From contig JBDRCC010000022.1 of assembly GCA_043822065.1 (NCBI GenBank), positions 1-64,000 of the forward strand: a stretch of DNA of 64,000 bases. The letters are read 5' to 3'. The first letter of the stretch is position 1, and the number at the start of each line of letters is the position of its first letter. The DNA is from an archaeon. GTDB taxonomy: Archaea > Undinarchaeota > CAZHTU01 > JBDRCC01. This document shows, piece after piece, positions 56,438-64,000 of this stretch. The notes beneath the pieces are model-generated. The model was not told where the DNA came from, did no database searches, and was given only the letters and a program-made list of their open reading frames with translations. The position numbers and the translations under genes are program-made.

Positions 56438-57199
56438 GTGGAGATTGAGATAGACCTGAAAAAGTCGGCATTCGAAAACGCCGCCGACTATTTTGAGCGG
56501 GGAAAAAAGCTGAAAAAAAAGCTCGAGGGCGCGACGGAGGCGCTGAGGAACGCAAAGTTCCAGCACGCTGACGCCTCGAAGGAGCTCAAAAAGGAGAAAG
56601 AGAAGAAGAAAAAAAGGAAATGGTACGACGCGTTCAGGCACTTTTTCACCTCAGAGGGCATGCTAGTGGTTGCAGGCAAAGACGCGCGCTCGAACGAGGA
56701 GCTTGTCAAAAAGCATCTTGAAAAGGGCGACATTGTTTTCCATGCAGACATAATAGGCGCGGCATTCGCAGTAATAAAGGCCCAAGGGAAAGCCGCTGGC
56801 GACGCCAGCCTTGAAGAGGCAGCACAGTTTGCGGCGTCATACTCGCGCGCCTGGCTGCGGGGGCTCGGCGCGATGGACGTCTACTGGGTAACGCCAGAGC
56901 AGGTGACGAAGCACGCCCCATCCGGGGAGTACCTCGGGAGGGGGGCATTCATGATTGAGGGAAAAAAGAACTATTTCCATGACGTAGAGCTTGCACTGTC
57001 ATTCGGCGAAAGGGATGGGGCGCTTGTATGGGGACCAGATAAAACGGTCAGGAGGGTCTGCGAAAGGGCAGTGACTGTAAAGCCAGGGGATGTGCCTGCA
57101 AAAGAGCTTGCCGCAGGAATCAAGAAGCAGGTGGGGGTTGGCGAGGCAGGGGAAATTGAGAGGCTCATACCATACGGAAAAGGCAGTTTTAGGCGGTAA
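56438..57199 (+). CDS. NFACT/RqcH C-terminal (RNA-binding) half
   Basis: ENAADYF..GKK, KWY..FRHF.TS, GKDA..NE, FHADI.GA, PSGEYL..GAFMI.GKKN. Confidence 0.85.
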   Translation: MEIEIDLKKSAFENAADYFERGKKLKKKLEGATEALRNAKFQHADASKELKKEKEKKKKRKWYDAFRHFFTSEGMLVVAGKDARSNEELVKKHLEKGDIVFHADIIGAAFAVIKAQGKAAGDASLEEAAQFAASYSRAWLRGLGAMDVYWVTPEQVTKHAPSGEYLGRGAFMIEGKKNYFHDVELALSFGERDGALVWGPDKTVRRVCERAVTVKPGDVPAKELAAGIKKQVGVGEAGEIERLIPYGKGSFRR

Positions 57200-57248
57200 A
57201 GAGGCATTCTCGATATTTATAAAAAGAATTTTCACTAACTCCTAAAGC

Positions 57249-58058
57249 ATGGATAAGCCCGAACTCAGGGAGAGCAGGAACCAGCTCCTGGATGAGAAAA
57301 GGAAGCTCATAGAGGAAACCAGGTCCATTTCAGACCAGATGAATGCGCTCAGGGAGGAGGCTGCCAAGCTGAAGAAGGAGAGGGACGAGCTGAACGCCCT
57401 CGTAAAGGACAGCAAGACAGAACGCGAACTGGCGAACAAGAAGATGAAGAGCATCGGCATGCCGAATGTCGATTTTGGGGTTTACAGGGGGCTTGACGGG
57501 ACTGAGGCGCTGAAGAAAGAGCTGGAGGGCCTTGAATGGACCTACCAGACAAGCTCGCTTACGCCTGAAAAGGACAAGAAGATGGCTAAGAAGATTACAG
57601 AGCTCCAGGAGCTCCTGAAAATTGCGCAGGAGAGGGACTCCAAGAGAAAAGAGGTTAGGGAGAAAATGGGGACAAGCGAAAACGTGAGGAAGGAGCAGAA
57701 GGCGTTCCATATGAGTGTTCTAAGGTATGCAGAGGAATCTGAAAAGCGCCACAAGAAGCTGATGGAAAACTACCGGAAGCTTGACGAGCTCAAAAAGAGG
57801 AAAGGGGAGATAAGCAACAGCCTGGACGGGCTGAAGGGAAAAGTAGACGGCATAAACGACCAGCTGCTGAGCAGGGAGGAGAAGGAAGCCATTGAAAGGC
57901 GCAAAGAAGCCAATAGAAAGATGCAGGACGAGGTCAGGATCATAGCTGAGAAATACAAGCACGTAAAGATGAAGCTTGACAATGGTGGGATACTCACCAA
58001 GGACGACTTTCTGATACTCCAGAGGTACGAGCAGCATAATGAACAAAAAGAGGCTTGA
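57249..58058 (+). CDS. Archaeal coiled-coil protein (COG1340-like)
   Basis: RDELN..VK, LEW.YQT..L...K pattern; long heptad repeats. Confidence 0.75.
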   Translation: MDKPELRESRNQLLDEKRKLIEETRSISDQMNALREEAAKLKKERDELNALVKDSKTERELANKKMKSIGMPNVDFGVYRGLDGTEALKKELEGLEWTYQTSSLTPEKDKKMAKKITELQELLKIAQERDSKRKEVREKMGTSENVRKEQKAFHMSVLRYAEESEKRHKKLMENYRKLDELKKRKGEISNSLDGLKGKVDGINDQLLSREEKEAIERRKEANRKMQDEVRIIAEKYKHVKMKLDNGGILTKDDFLILQRYEQHNEQKEA

Positions 58059-59139
58059 GCAGACGCTCATAGACCTTATAAGAATACAGAGCACCAGCGG
58101 CAATGAGGGTGCGATAGCAGATTATGTCGTCCATGAATTCTCAAAGATAGGCTACAGGGCATCAATTGACAAAGAGGGCAATGTTTACGCGGAGGCGGGC
58201 CGCGGAAAAAAGAGCCTGATGTTTAACGCGCATTTGGATACTGTCCCGCCCCACCCGGGGATGAAAAGGCCATATGAGCCTGCGAAGCGCGGCAGGAGGG
58301 TATACGGGCTGGGCGCGACGGACTGCAAGGCAGGGATTGCCTGCATAATCGAGCTTGCCAGAAGCATTCCTCCGGAGGGAAAGCTAAAGTTCCTTTTCAC
58401 GGTCAGGGAGGAGTCATCGGCATCCGGTCGGCCGAGAGGGAGCATATCCGCCTCAAAAAAGCACATGGCAGACTTCTGCATAGTTGCGGAGCCCACATAC
58501 AAGGAGAAAGTCCCGCAGGTCGCCGCCGGCGCCAGGGGGCGGACTCTTCTGAAAATAGACGTCAAGGGCAAGAGCAGCCACTCGTCCAGGCCGGAGGACG
58601 GCGTAAACGCCATAGAGGAGGCGATGAAGCTTTTCAAGAAGCTTGAAAAAGTGTATCTCAACAAAAGGAGATACCACGACGTGATCCTCCACGAAACGCT
58701 TTCCGTAGTTAACATGGAAGTAAAGAGCACTGCGAACAACGTAATCCCGGACAACTGCAGGATTACCGTCGACTACAGGACTTTGCCAGGGAGGAAAGAC
58801 GCACTTAAGGTCATTAAAAGGCTAATAAGCGAGGCGGGGGTCAAGGCAAAGCCGCACGTCGTATTCAGCTCCCCTGGATACGTGCTGATGAATGAAATAA
58901 AGCCGCTTGGGCAGCTAAGGAGCGCCCTGCATGATGAGTTTGGAGGGGCGCCGGTTACCAGCATAGCGTTGGGAAAGGCGGATGCCGAGTACTTCCACCG
59001 TGCAGGCACGAAAACGGTAATATGCGGACCTGGCATCAGCAGGCTGTGCCATTCTGCGGACGAATATGCGCGAGTGGACTTGATGGCTAAGTGGACAACC
59101 GCAGTCGAGAGTTTTGTCAAAAATTATTTCAACGGATAG
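58039..59139 (+). CDS. M20 metallopeptidase/deacylase (ArgE/DapE-like)
   Basis: NAHLDTV, GLGATDCKAG, REE, AEPT, GKSSHSS.P..G.NA, H..DE. Confidence 0.9.
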   Translation: MNKKRLEQTLIDLIRIQSTSGNEGAIADYVVHEFSKIGYRASIDKEGNVYAEAGRGKKSLMFNAHLDTVPPHPGMKRPYEPAKRGRRVYGLGATDCKAGIACIIELARSIPPEGKLKFLFTVREESSASGRPRGSISASKKHMADFCIVAEPTYKEKVPQVAAGARGRTLLKIDVKGKSSHSSRPEDGVNAIEEAMKLFKKLEKVYLNKRRYHDVILHETLSVVNMEVKSTANNVIPDNCRITVDYRTLPGRKDALKVIKRLISEAGVKAKPHVVFSSPGYVLMNEIKPLGQLRSALHDEFGGAPVTSIALGKADAEYFHRAGTKTVICGPGISRLCHSADEYARVDLMAKWTTAVESFVKNYFNG

Positions 59140-59154
59140 GAGTTAAAAAGCGCG

Positions 59155-60150
59155 ATGAAAGTAAAAAGGACGTCGGTGATAAGGCGGATTGCGAGAGGTG
59201 ACCTTGACGAGGTGAGGCGCGTGAGGCGCAAGCCGACGAGCGGCGACGTCGTGAAAGTCAACGTATCCAAGATTGGCTTCTGCAAGCACTTTGAGAATGT
59301 GCATGGGAGGCTCGGGATGTTTTTCAGGAACAACGAGCTCTACTGCGCGATGGGGACGAGGTACGCAACGGCAGAGTACGAGGCAATAGTCCCTGGCAAG
59401 ACGCCCAAGACCCTTGACCTCCTGAATGCGGGAGGCGTCTGCGGAAAAGTCATAGGCAGGAACGTGATGGTGTCCGAGCCTACGAAGCTTGAGTTTGAGG
59501 GCTATGTAGTCAAGGGGAGCCATGTGGTGAATATCGCAGACTATGCGCTGCCAGTCCTGAAAAAGAAAAAAATTCCAACCATATTTGTAGTCGGCAGCGA
59601 TATGGACTCTGGAAAAACAACGACCGCAGGCACGATAATCAGCTCCCTGGTTGACGGCGGGTTCAGGGTAAATGGCGGCAAGGTTACCGGAGTTGCCAGG
59701 GTGAGGGACATCTACTCGATGAAGGACGCAGGCGCCTCAAAGATAGCGGACATAATAGACGCAGGACGGAGCTCGACCTACCTCCTGAATATCGACGAGC
59801 TCATGGACACGTTCTGGAGGATACACACCAACCTGGCGAAGGACGACCCGGATTACATTGTTCTGGAGATTGCAGACGGCATATTTGAGAAGGAAAACGA
59901 GATGCTGCTGAAGAACGAGGACCTCCGCAGGATGATAAGCAAGCTAGTTTTTGCAGCAGGGGATGCCATAGGCGCACAGGGAGGGGTAAGGTACCTGAAC
60001 GAGCACTACAGGCTCAATGTAGACGCAGTCTCAGGCATATTCTCAAACTCGGCGCTTTCAAAGAGGGAGCTTGGCAGGAAGATAAGCGTCCCGATATTCA
60101 GCAACCTCCCTGAAGAAGAGGAGGGAGTAGTCGAGTTGCTGACCAAATAG
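59155..60150 (+). CDS. DUF1611-like P-loop protein
   Basis: G.RYAT, LLNAGG..G, GSDMDSGKTT, LEIADG. Confidence 0.7.
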   Translation: MKVKRTSVIRRIARGDLDEVRRVRRKPTSGDVVKVNVSKIGFCKHFENVHGRLGMFFRNNELYCAMGTRYATAEYEAIVPGKTPKTLDLLNAGGVCGKVIGRNVMVSEPTKLEFEGYVVKGSHVVNIADYALPVLKKKKIPTIFVVGSDMDSGKTTTAGTIISSLVDGGFRVNGGKVTGVARVRDIYSMKDAGASKIADIIDAGRSSTYLLNIDELMDTFWRIHTNLAKDDPDYIVLEIADGIFEKENEMLLKNEDLRRMISKLVFAAGDAIGAQGGVRYLNEHYRLNVDAVSGIFSNSALSKRELGRKISVPIFSNLPEEEEGVVELLTK

Positions 60151-60202
60151 CGGCAAGGTGCTCTTTGGCTAAATTTATATAGCCGCCGGAAAAGAGGTTA
60201 TT

Positions 60203-63200
60203 GTGGAGATAGAAGACTTATTGAAAACCCACCCAGGGCTTGAGAAGGTGGTAGGCATACTCAGGCAGAGCGGGGTCCAGAAGCTTTATCCGCCCCAGGC
60301 CGAGTGCTTCAGTAAAAAAGTCCTGGACGGAAAAAACCTTGTCCTTTCTATTCCGACGGCATCCGGGAAAACCCTTGTCGCGGAGATAGTCATGATGCAG
60401 CACGTCCTCGCAGGCAAGAAGGCAGTATACCTCGTGCCCCTGCGGGCGCTCGCCTCTGAGAAGTACCAGGAGTTCAGGGAAAAATACTCTGGGCTCTGCA
60501 GGGTGGGCATGTCGAGCGGGGATTACGACAGGGTGGATGCGGGGCTTGGCGCCTGCGACATAATCATCCTGACGATAGAGAAAATGGATTCGCTCATGCG
60601 GCACGACGTAAACTGGCTAAGCAAGATAGGCGTGGTCGTCGTCGACGAGATACACCTGCTTGACTCGCCGGACAGGGGACCGACCCTTGAGATGGTGATA
60701 ACAAAGCTGAGGAAGTACAAGCCCTCAATCCTTGCCCTTTCTGCGACAATAGAGAACAGCGACGAGCTGGCGCAGTGGCTTGGCGCGGAGCTCGTTGAGA
60801 GCGACTTCAGGCCGGTCAGGCTTTCGAGGGGGGTTTTCCTGGACGGAAAGGTGAGCTTTGACATAAAGGAGGACATTGAGCTGAATGATGAGGGCGACAT
60901 TTCGCTTGTCCTTGCAAAGGACACTGTCTTGCAGGGGGGGCAGTCCCTTGTATTTGTAAACAGCAGGCGCTCGGCTGAGGCGGAAGCAGAAAAAATCTCA
61001 AAGTCAATGTACTCGCTTTTGGGGGAAAAGGAGCGGAAGCTCCTTGCAAAGGCCGCAGAGGATGTGCTTGGGGCGCTTGAAACCCCTACCAAGCAGTGCA
61101 AGAGGCTTGCGAACTGCATACGGGGAGGCGCGGCGTTCCACCACGCAGGGCTGCACCTGAAACAGAGGGCTGTCGTGGAATCCTCATTCAAGGCCAACCT
61201 GATAAAAGTGGTTTCGGCGACGCCGACCCTTGCGGCCGGGGTAAACCTGCCAGCAAAGAGAGTGGTAATAAGGGATTATAAAAGGTATACTTCGTATGGG
61301 CTTGAACCGATTCCTGTTTTAGAGATCCATCAGATGTGCCTACCTTACACTGAAAAGATTTTGCTTGGTGATGGGTCGGAGGAGGAGATTGGACGGCTAG
61401 TAGAAGATAAAAAAAGGATAGGCGTTCTTAGTTATAACCAAGAATCTGATTCGATAGAGCCAAAGAAAATAGAGAGATTTTATAAAAGCAAGTCGAGGCA
61501 TTTCGTCGATATCGAGGTCTCTATAGGACATAAACTGAGGCTTACGCCAGACCATCCGGTTTTAGTATTCAACAACGGTAAAAAAACTTGGAAACGGGCT
61601 TGCAAACTGAAAAAAATGGACATGGTGCTTTGTCAGAATACTACACGCCGCCGCATGAAAAGCATACCTTACTTCTATGAATTCCTTAACAAAGACAGGT
61701 CGTATTTGGTTGGAAGAGGCGAGCTAATAAAGGATGCAAGGGAGAGGCTGAGATGTACGGAAAAGGAACTTGCTAAGAGTATCGGAGCTAGTTATAGATC
61801 GATGTGGCACTACAAAACAAATAGAAAAGCCATGCCAGCGAAAATTGCATTGGAATTATGCAAGATTCTGGAGTTGGATGGCGCTGGGATTACAAAAGTC
61901 TTTTCTAAAGTGAAAACTGCATATGGAAACACTATTAAACTCCCTCCAAAGATTTCTGAGGATTATCTGTGGTTGTGCGGCCTTATAGCAACAGACGGGA
62001 ATCTTCAAGAGGCTTATGACCGATGTGGTTCGAGGTACTGTAAGATACGTATTTTCAACAATAACCGAAAAATAATCAACAGGGCTACGTCTATATTGCG
62101 AGAATTCAATTTAGAGCCATGCTGTAGAAAGGTCGGAGATAAGTGTCACGCCATTGAGGTAGGTGCAACGCTGCTTGCAGATATCATTTCTATAAATTTT
62201 GGCATACCCTATGGAAACAAAACGGCTATTGTTAGGGTGCCAGATATAGTAAAATCGATGCCCCCGGCATATATTGGCTCATATCTCGCAGGTGTTTTCG
62301 ATGGTGACGGCAATTACTTTGAACTTAAAAAGAGTGGTGTAGTAAAGGGCAGGCGAGTGCTATTTTCTACAGGGAGCAAACAGTTTGCAGATGGAATTCA
62401 AAAACTTTTGACACGGATAGGTATAACCAGCACAGTTAGAAAGGAGCGTGGCGGAAAAACATTTGGGATACGGGGAAAACTGGTAACCTTTCCAAGAGCA
62501 AATTACACCATCAGCTTCTGCAAGAAAGAGTATATCAATAGATTCCATAGATTCGTCAGACCTGTGAAATGTTCAATACCGGCTGTCAGGTATAGCGACT
62601 ACCACAATATAAACAAGTTCTTTGACAGACCTGCTGAATACTCTTCCGTTCCAATAAAGAGGATTAGGCGAGTAGAGCTAAAGGATCCGGTGACTGCGTA
62701 TAACTTGGGAGTAAAAGATAACAACAATTACATAGCGTCTAACATACTGGTACACAACTGCGGCCGTGCCGGAAGGCCGAAGTATGACAGTGACGGGGAG
62801 GCCGTCCTGATAGCCAAAAGCCTTCCTGAGTACGAGCAGCTCTGGGAGCATTACATAGAGGGGCGGCCGGAGCCGATATCCTCGAAGCTTGGCGTCGAGC
62901 CGATACTAAGGACGCACATCCTTGGCATAATATCCCAGGGGCCGCTGACGCGGGAAAGCCTGGACAAGATGTTTGAGAGCACGTTCTACGCATTCCAGTA
63001 CGGAGATGTCTCCGCACTAGAGGAAATAATAAGCAGGGTTTTGGACTCCCTCTTTTCCTGGGGATTCCTAGAAGAGGAAGACCTGAAGTTCAGGTGCACC
63101 CGCCTTGGGAAGCGGGTGGCTGAGCTCTATATCGACCCGCTGACGGCATACGAATTCATCCGGCTTTTCGAGACTGAGATGGAGGAGATGGTCCTCCTCA

Positions 63201-63730
63201 CAATGATTTCCGATACGTCGGAAATGGGGATGCTTCCGGGCGTAAGGAGCGCTGAGGAGCCGTTCCTGTACGAGGAGTTCGAAAAGTACAGCCTTGACGA
63301 GGACAAGATACGGGCGTTCAAGAACGCGCTTGTGTTCAGGGACTGGATGGATGAAAAGACTGAGGACGACATACTCGAGAGGCATAACGTCGCGCCAGGG
63401 ATACTCAAGGTCAGGCTGGACATTGCAGACTGGCTCCTCTACTCCTGCGTAGAGATAAACGCAATCCTCAAGAGGAATGAGGCGGCAAAGATGGTCCGCA
63501 GGCTCCGCACGCGCCTCAGCTACGGAGTGAAGGAGGAGCTGTCCCTGCTCGTAAGGGTCCGCGGAATAGGCCGCGTCAGGGCAAGGCGGCTGTTTAGCGC
63601 TGGCATAAAAAAGCCGTCTGACCTGAACAGCAGAAACTGCACAAAAGTGTCAAACCTTCTTGGAAAAAAGACTGCGGAGAAGATATACTCTGACTTAAGA
63701 GCAAAAATCAGCAAGCGCGGAGTTCAGTAG
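60203..63730 (+). CDS. Hel308/Ski2-like DEAD/H helicase precursor containing an intein
   Basis: PTASGKT, DEIH, LSAT, FHHAGL, TPTLAAGVN; motif VI QM|CGRAGRP split by the intein; C-terminal HhH GIGRVRAR. Confidence 0.93.
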   Translation: MEIEDLLKTHPGLEKVVGILRQSGVQKLYPPQAECFSKKVLDGKNLVLSIPTASGKTLVAEIVMMQHVLAGKKAVYLVPLRALASEKYQEFREKYSGLCRVGMSSGDYDRVDAGLGACDIIILTIEKMDSLMRHDVNWLSKIGVVVVDEIHLLDSPDRGPTLEMVITKLRKYKPSILALSATIENSDELAQWLGAELVESDFRPVRLSRGVFLDGKVSFDIKEDIELNDEGDISLVLAKDTVLQGGQSLVFVNSRRSAEAEAEKISKSMYSLLGEKERKLLAKAAEDVLGALETPTKQCKRLANCIRGGAAFHHAGLHLKQRAVVESSFKANLIKVVSATPTLAAGVNLPAKRVVIRDYKRYTSYGLEPIPVLEIHQMCLPYTEKILLGDGSEEEIGRLVEDKKRIGVLSYNQESDSIEPKKIERFYKSKSRHFVDIEVSIGHKLRLTPDHPVLVFNNGKKTWKRACKLKKMDMVLCQNTTRRRMKSIPYFYEFLNKDRSYLVGRGELIKDARERLRCTEKELAKSIGASYRSMWHYKTNRKAMPAKIALELCKILELDGAGITKVFSKVKTAYGNTIKLPPKISEDYLWLCGLIATDGNLQEAYDRCGSRYCKIRIFNNNRKIINRATSILREFNLEPCCRKVGDKCHAIEVGATLLADIISINFGIPYGNKTAIVRVPDIVKSMPPAYIGSYLAGVFDGDGNYFELKKSGVVKGRRVLFSTGSKQFADGIQKLLTRIGITSTVRKERGGKTFGIRGKLVTFPRANYTISFCKKEYINRFHRFVRPVKCSIPAVRYSDYHNINKFFDRPAEYSSVPIKRIRRVELKDPVTAYNLGVKDNNNYIASNILVHNCGRAGRPKYDSDGEAVLIAKSLPEYEQLWEHYIEGRPEPISSKLGVEPILRTHILGIISQGPLTRESLDKMFESTFYAFQYGDVSALEEIISRVLDSLFSWGFLEEEDLKFRCTRLGKRVAELYIDPLTAYEFIRLFETEMEEMVLLTMISDTSEMGMLPGVRSAEEPFLYEEFEKYSLDEDKIRAFKNALVFRDWMDEKTEDDILERHNVAPGILKVRLDIADWLLYSCVEINAILKRNEAAKMVRRLRTRLSYGVKEELSLLVRVRGIGRVRARRLFSAGIKKPSDLNSRNCTKVSNLLGKKTAEKIYSDLRAKISKRGVQ
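61337..62758 (+). mobile_element. Intein (474 aa) with HTH and LAGLIDADG homing endonuclease
   Basis: Starts CLPYTEKI, block B LTPDHPV, LCGLIATDG and YLAGVFDGDG, ends ILVHN before the +1 Cys; AT-richer than the exteins. Confidence 0.95.
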
Positions 63731-64000
63731 GTTATCGACCTTGTGTTGCGCTGGTACCTTGACGGCTCAGGATGCGCATCAAGCTCTTCTTCTACCCCGC
63801 TTTTCTCGCGGTAGGGCGCTATGGGATCGTACTCGGATTTTCCCTTCTTTCGGTCAATCCTTACTGCAGGAGGAGTAACAACCATGAGGTCCTCGCTAAG
63901 GCCGACTATGTCGCCGCCTATTGCATAAGTGGTCTTCTGGACGCGCCTTAGTGCGCGCCTGAGCTCGACCTTGTCTGAAGCGAACTGCGACTTAAGCTTC
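63724..64000 (-). CDS. sepF: Cell division protein SepF (5' part outside the window)
   Basis: Not in the track. ...DKVELRRALRRVQKTTYAIGGDIVGLSEDLMVVTPPAVRIDR... matches the archaeal SepF C-terminal pattern GGDI.G......VTP..V.I.R. Confidence 0.8.
   Translation of the reverse strand, partial: KLKSQFASDKVELRRALRRVQKTTYAIGGDIVGLSEDLMVVTPPAVRIDRKKGKSEYDPIAPYREKSGVEEELDAHPEPSRYQRNTRSITY

Noticed and set aside
1-64000. CRISPR arrays, rRNA genes, integrases/proviruses, recoded stop codons
   Set aside because: None were seen on reading; conserved genes translate fully with the standard code.

Overview
Archaeal chromosomal window (TBP, MCM, Hel308, Spt5, SecE, Rpl11, FtsZ, SepF, TATA-type promoters). 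It is compact and looks DPANN-like, though the lineage cannot be fixed from the sequence alone. It is mostly housekeeping and metabolic: a bacterial-style tetrahydrofolate/C1 gene set (thyX, 5-formyl-THF cyclo-ligase, glyA, gcvT/H/PA/PB, lipA, split lipoate ligase, folD, purN, folC, purH), a four-subunit group 3b-type [NiFe] hydrogenase, a PLP decarboxylase plus agmatinase pair, a P-type ATPase, tRNA-Gln(TTG) and an intein in Hel308. Two features stand out, and neither appears in the ORF track. (1) An 8-codon leader peptide, MTAKVCCC*, with mutually exclusive RNA helices lies directly upstream of cysteine synthase. This is a candidate cysteine-sensing ribosome attenuator in an archaeon. (2) A free-standing low-GC LAGLIDADG-like endonuclease gene sits between a dead 5' stub of the tRNA methylthiotransferase gene and an AT-rich replacement 5' half of the same gene. 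This suggests homing by gene-end replacement. Other items are a stand-alone FolP N-terminal (pteroate-reductase-like) domain next to folC, a stand-alone MCM-type winged-helix protein, a DUF359-DHH fusion, a duplicated gcvT 3' end around a palindromic insert, and an AT-rich repeat island. All product calls come from motifs recognised by eye; no database searches were run.
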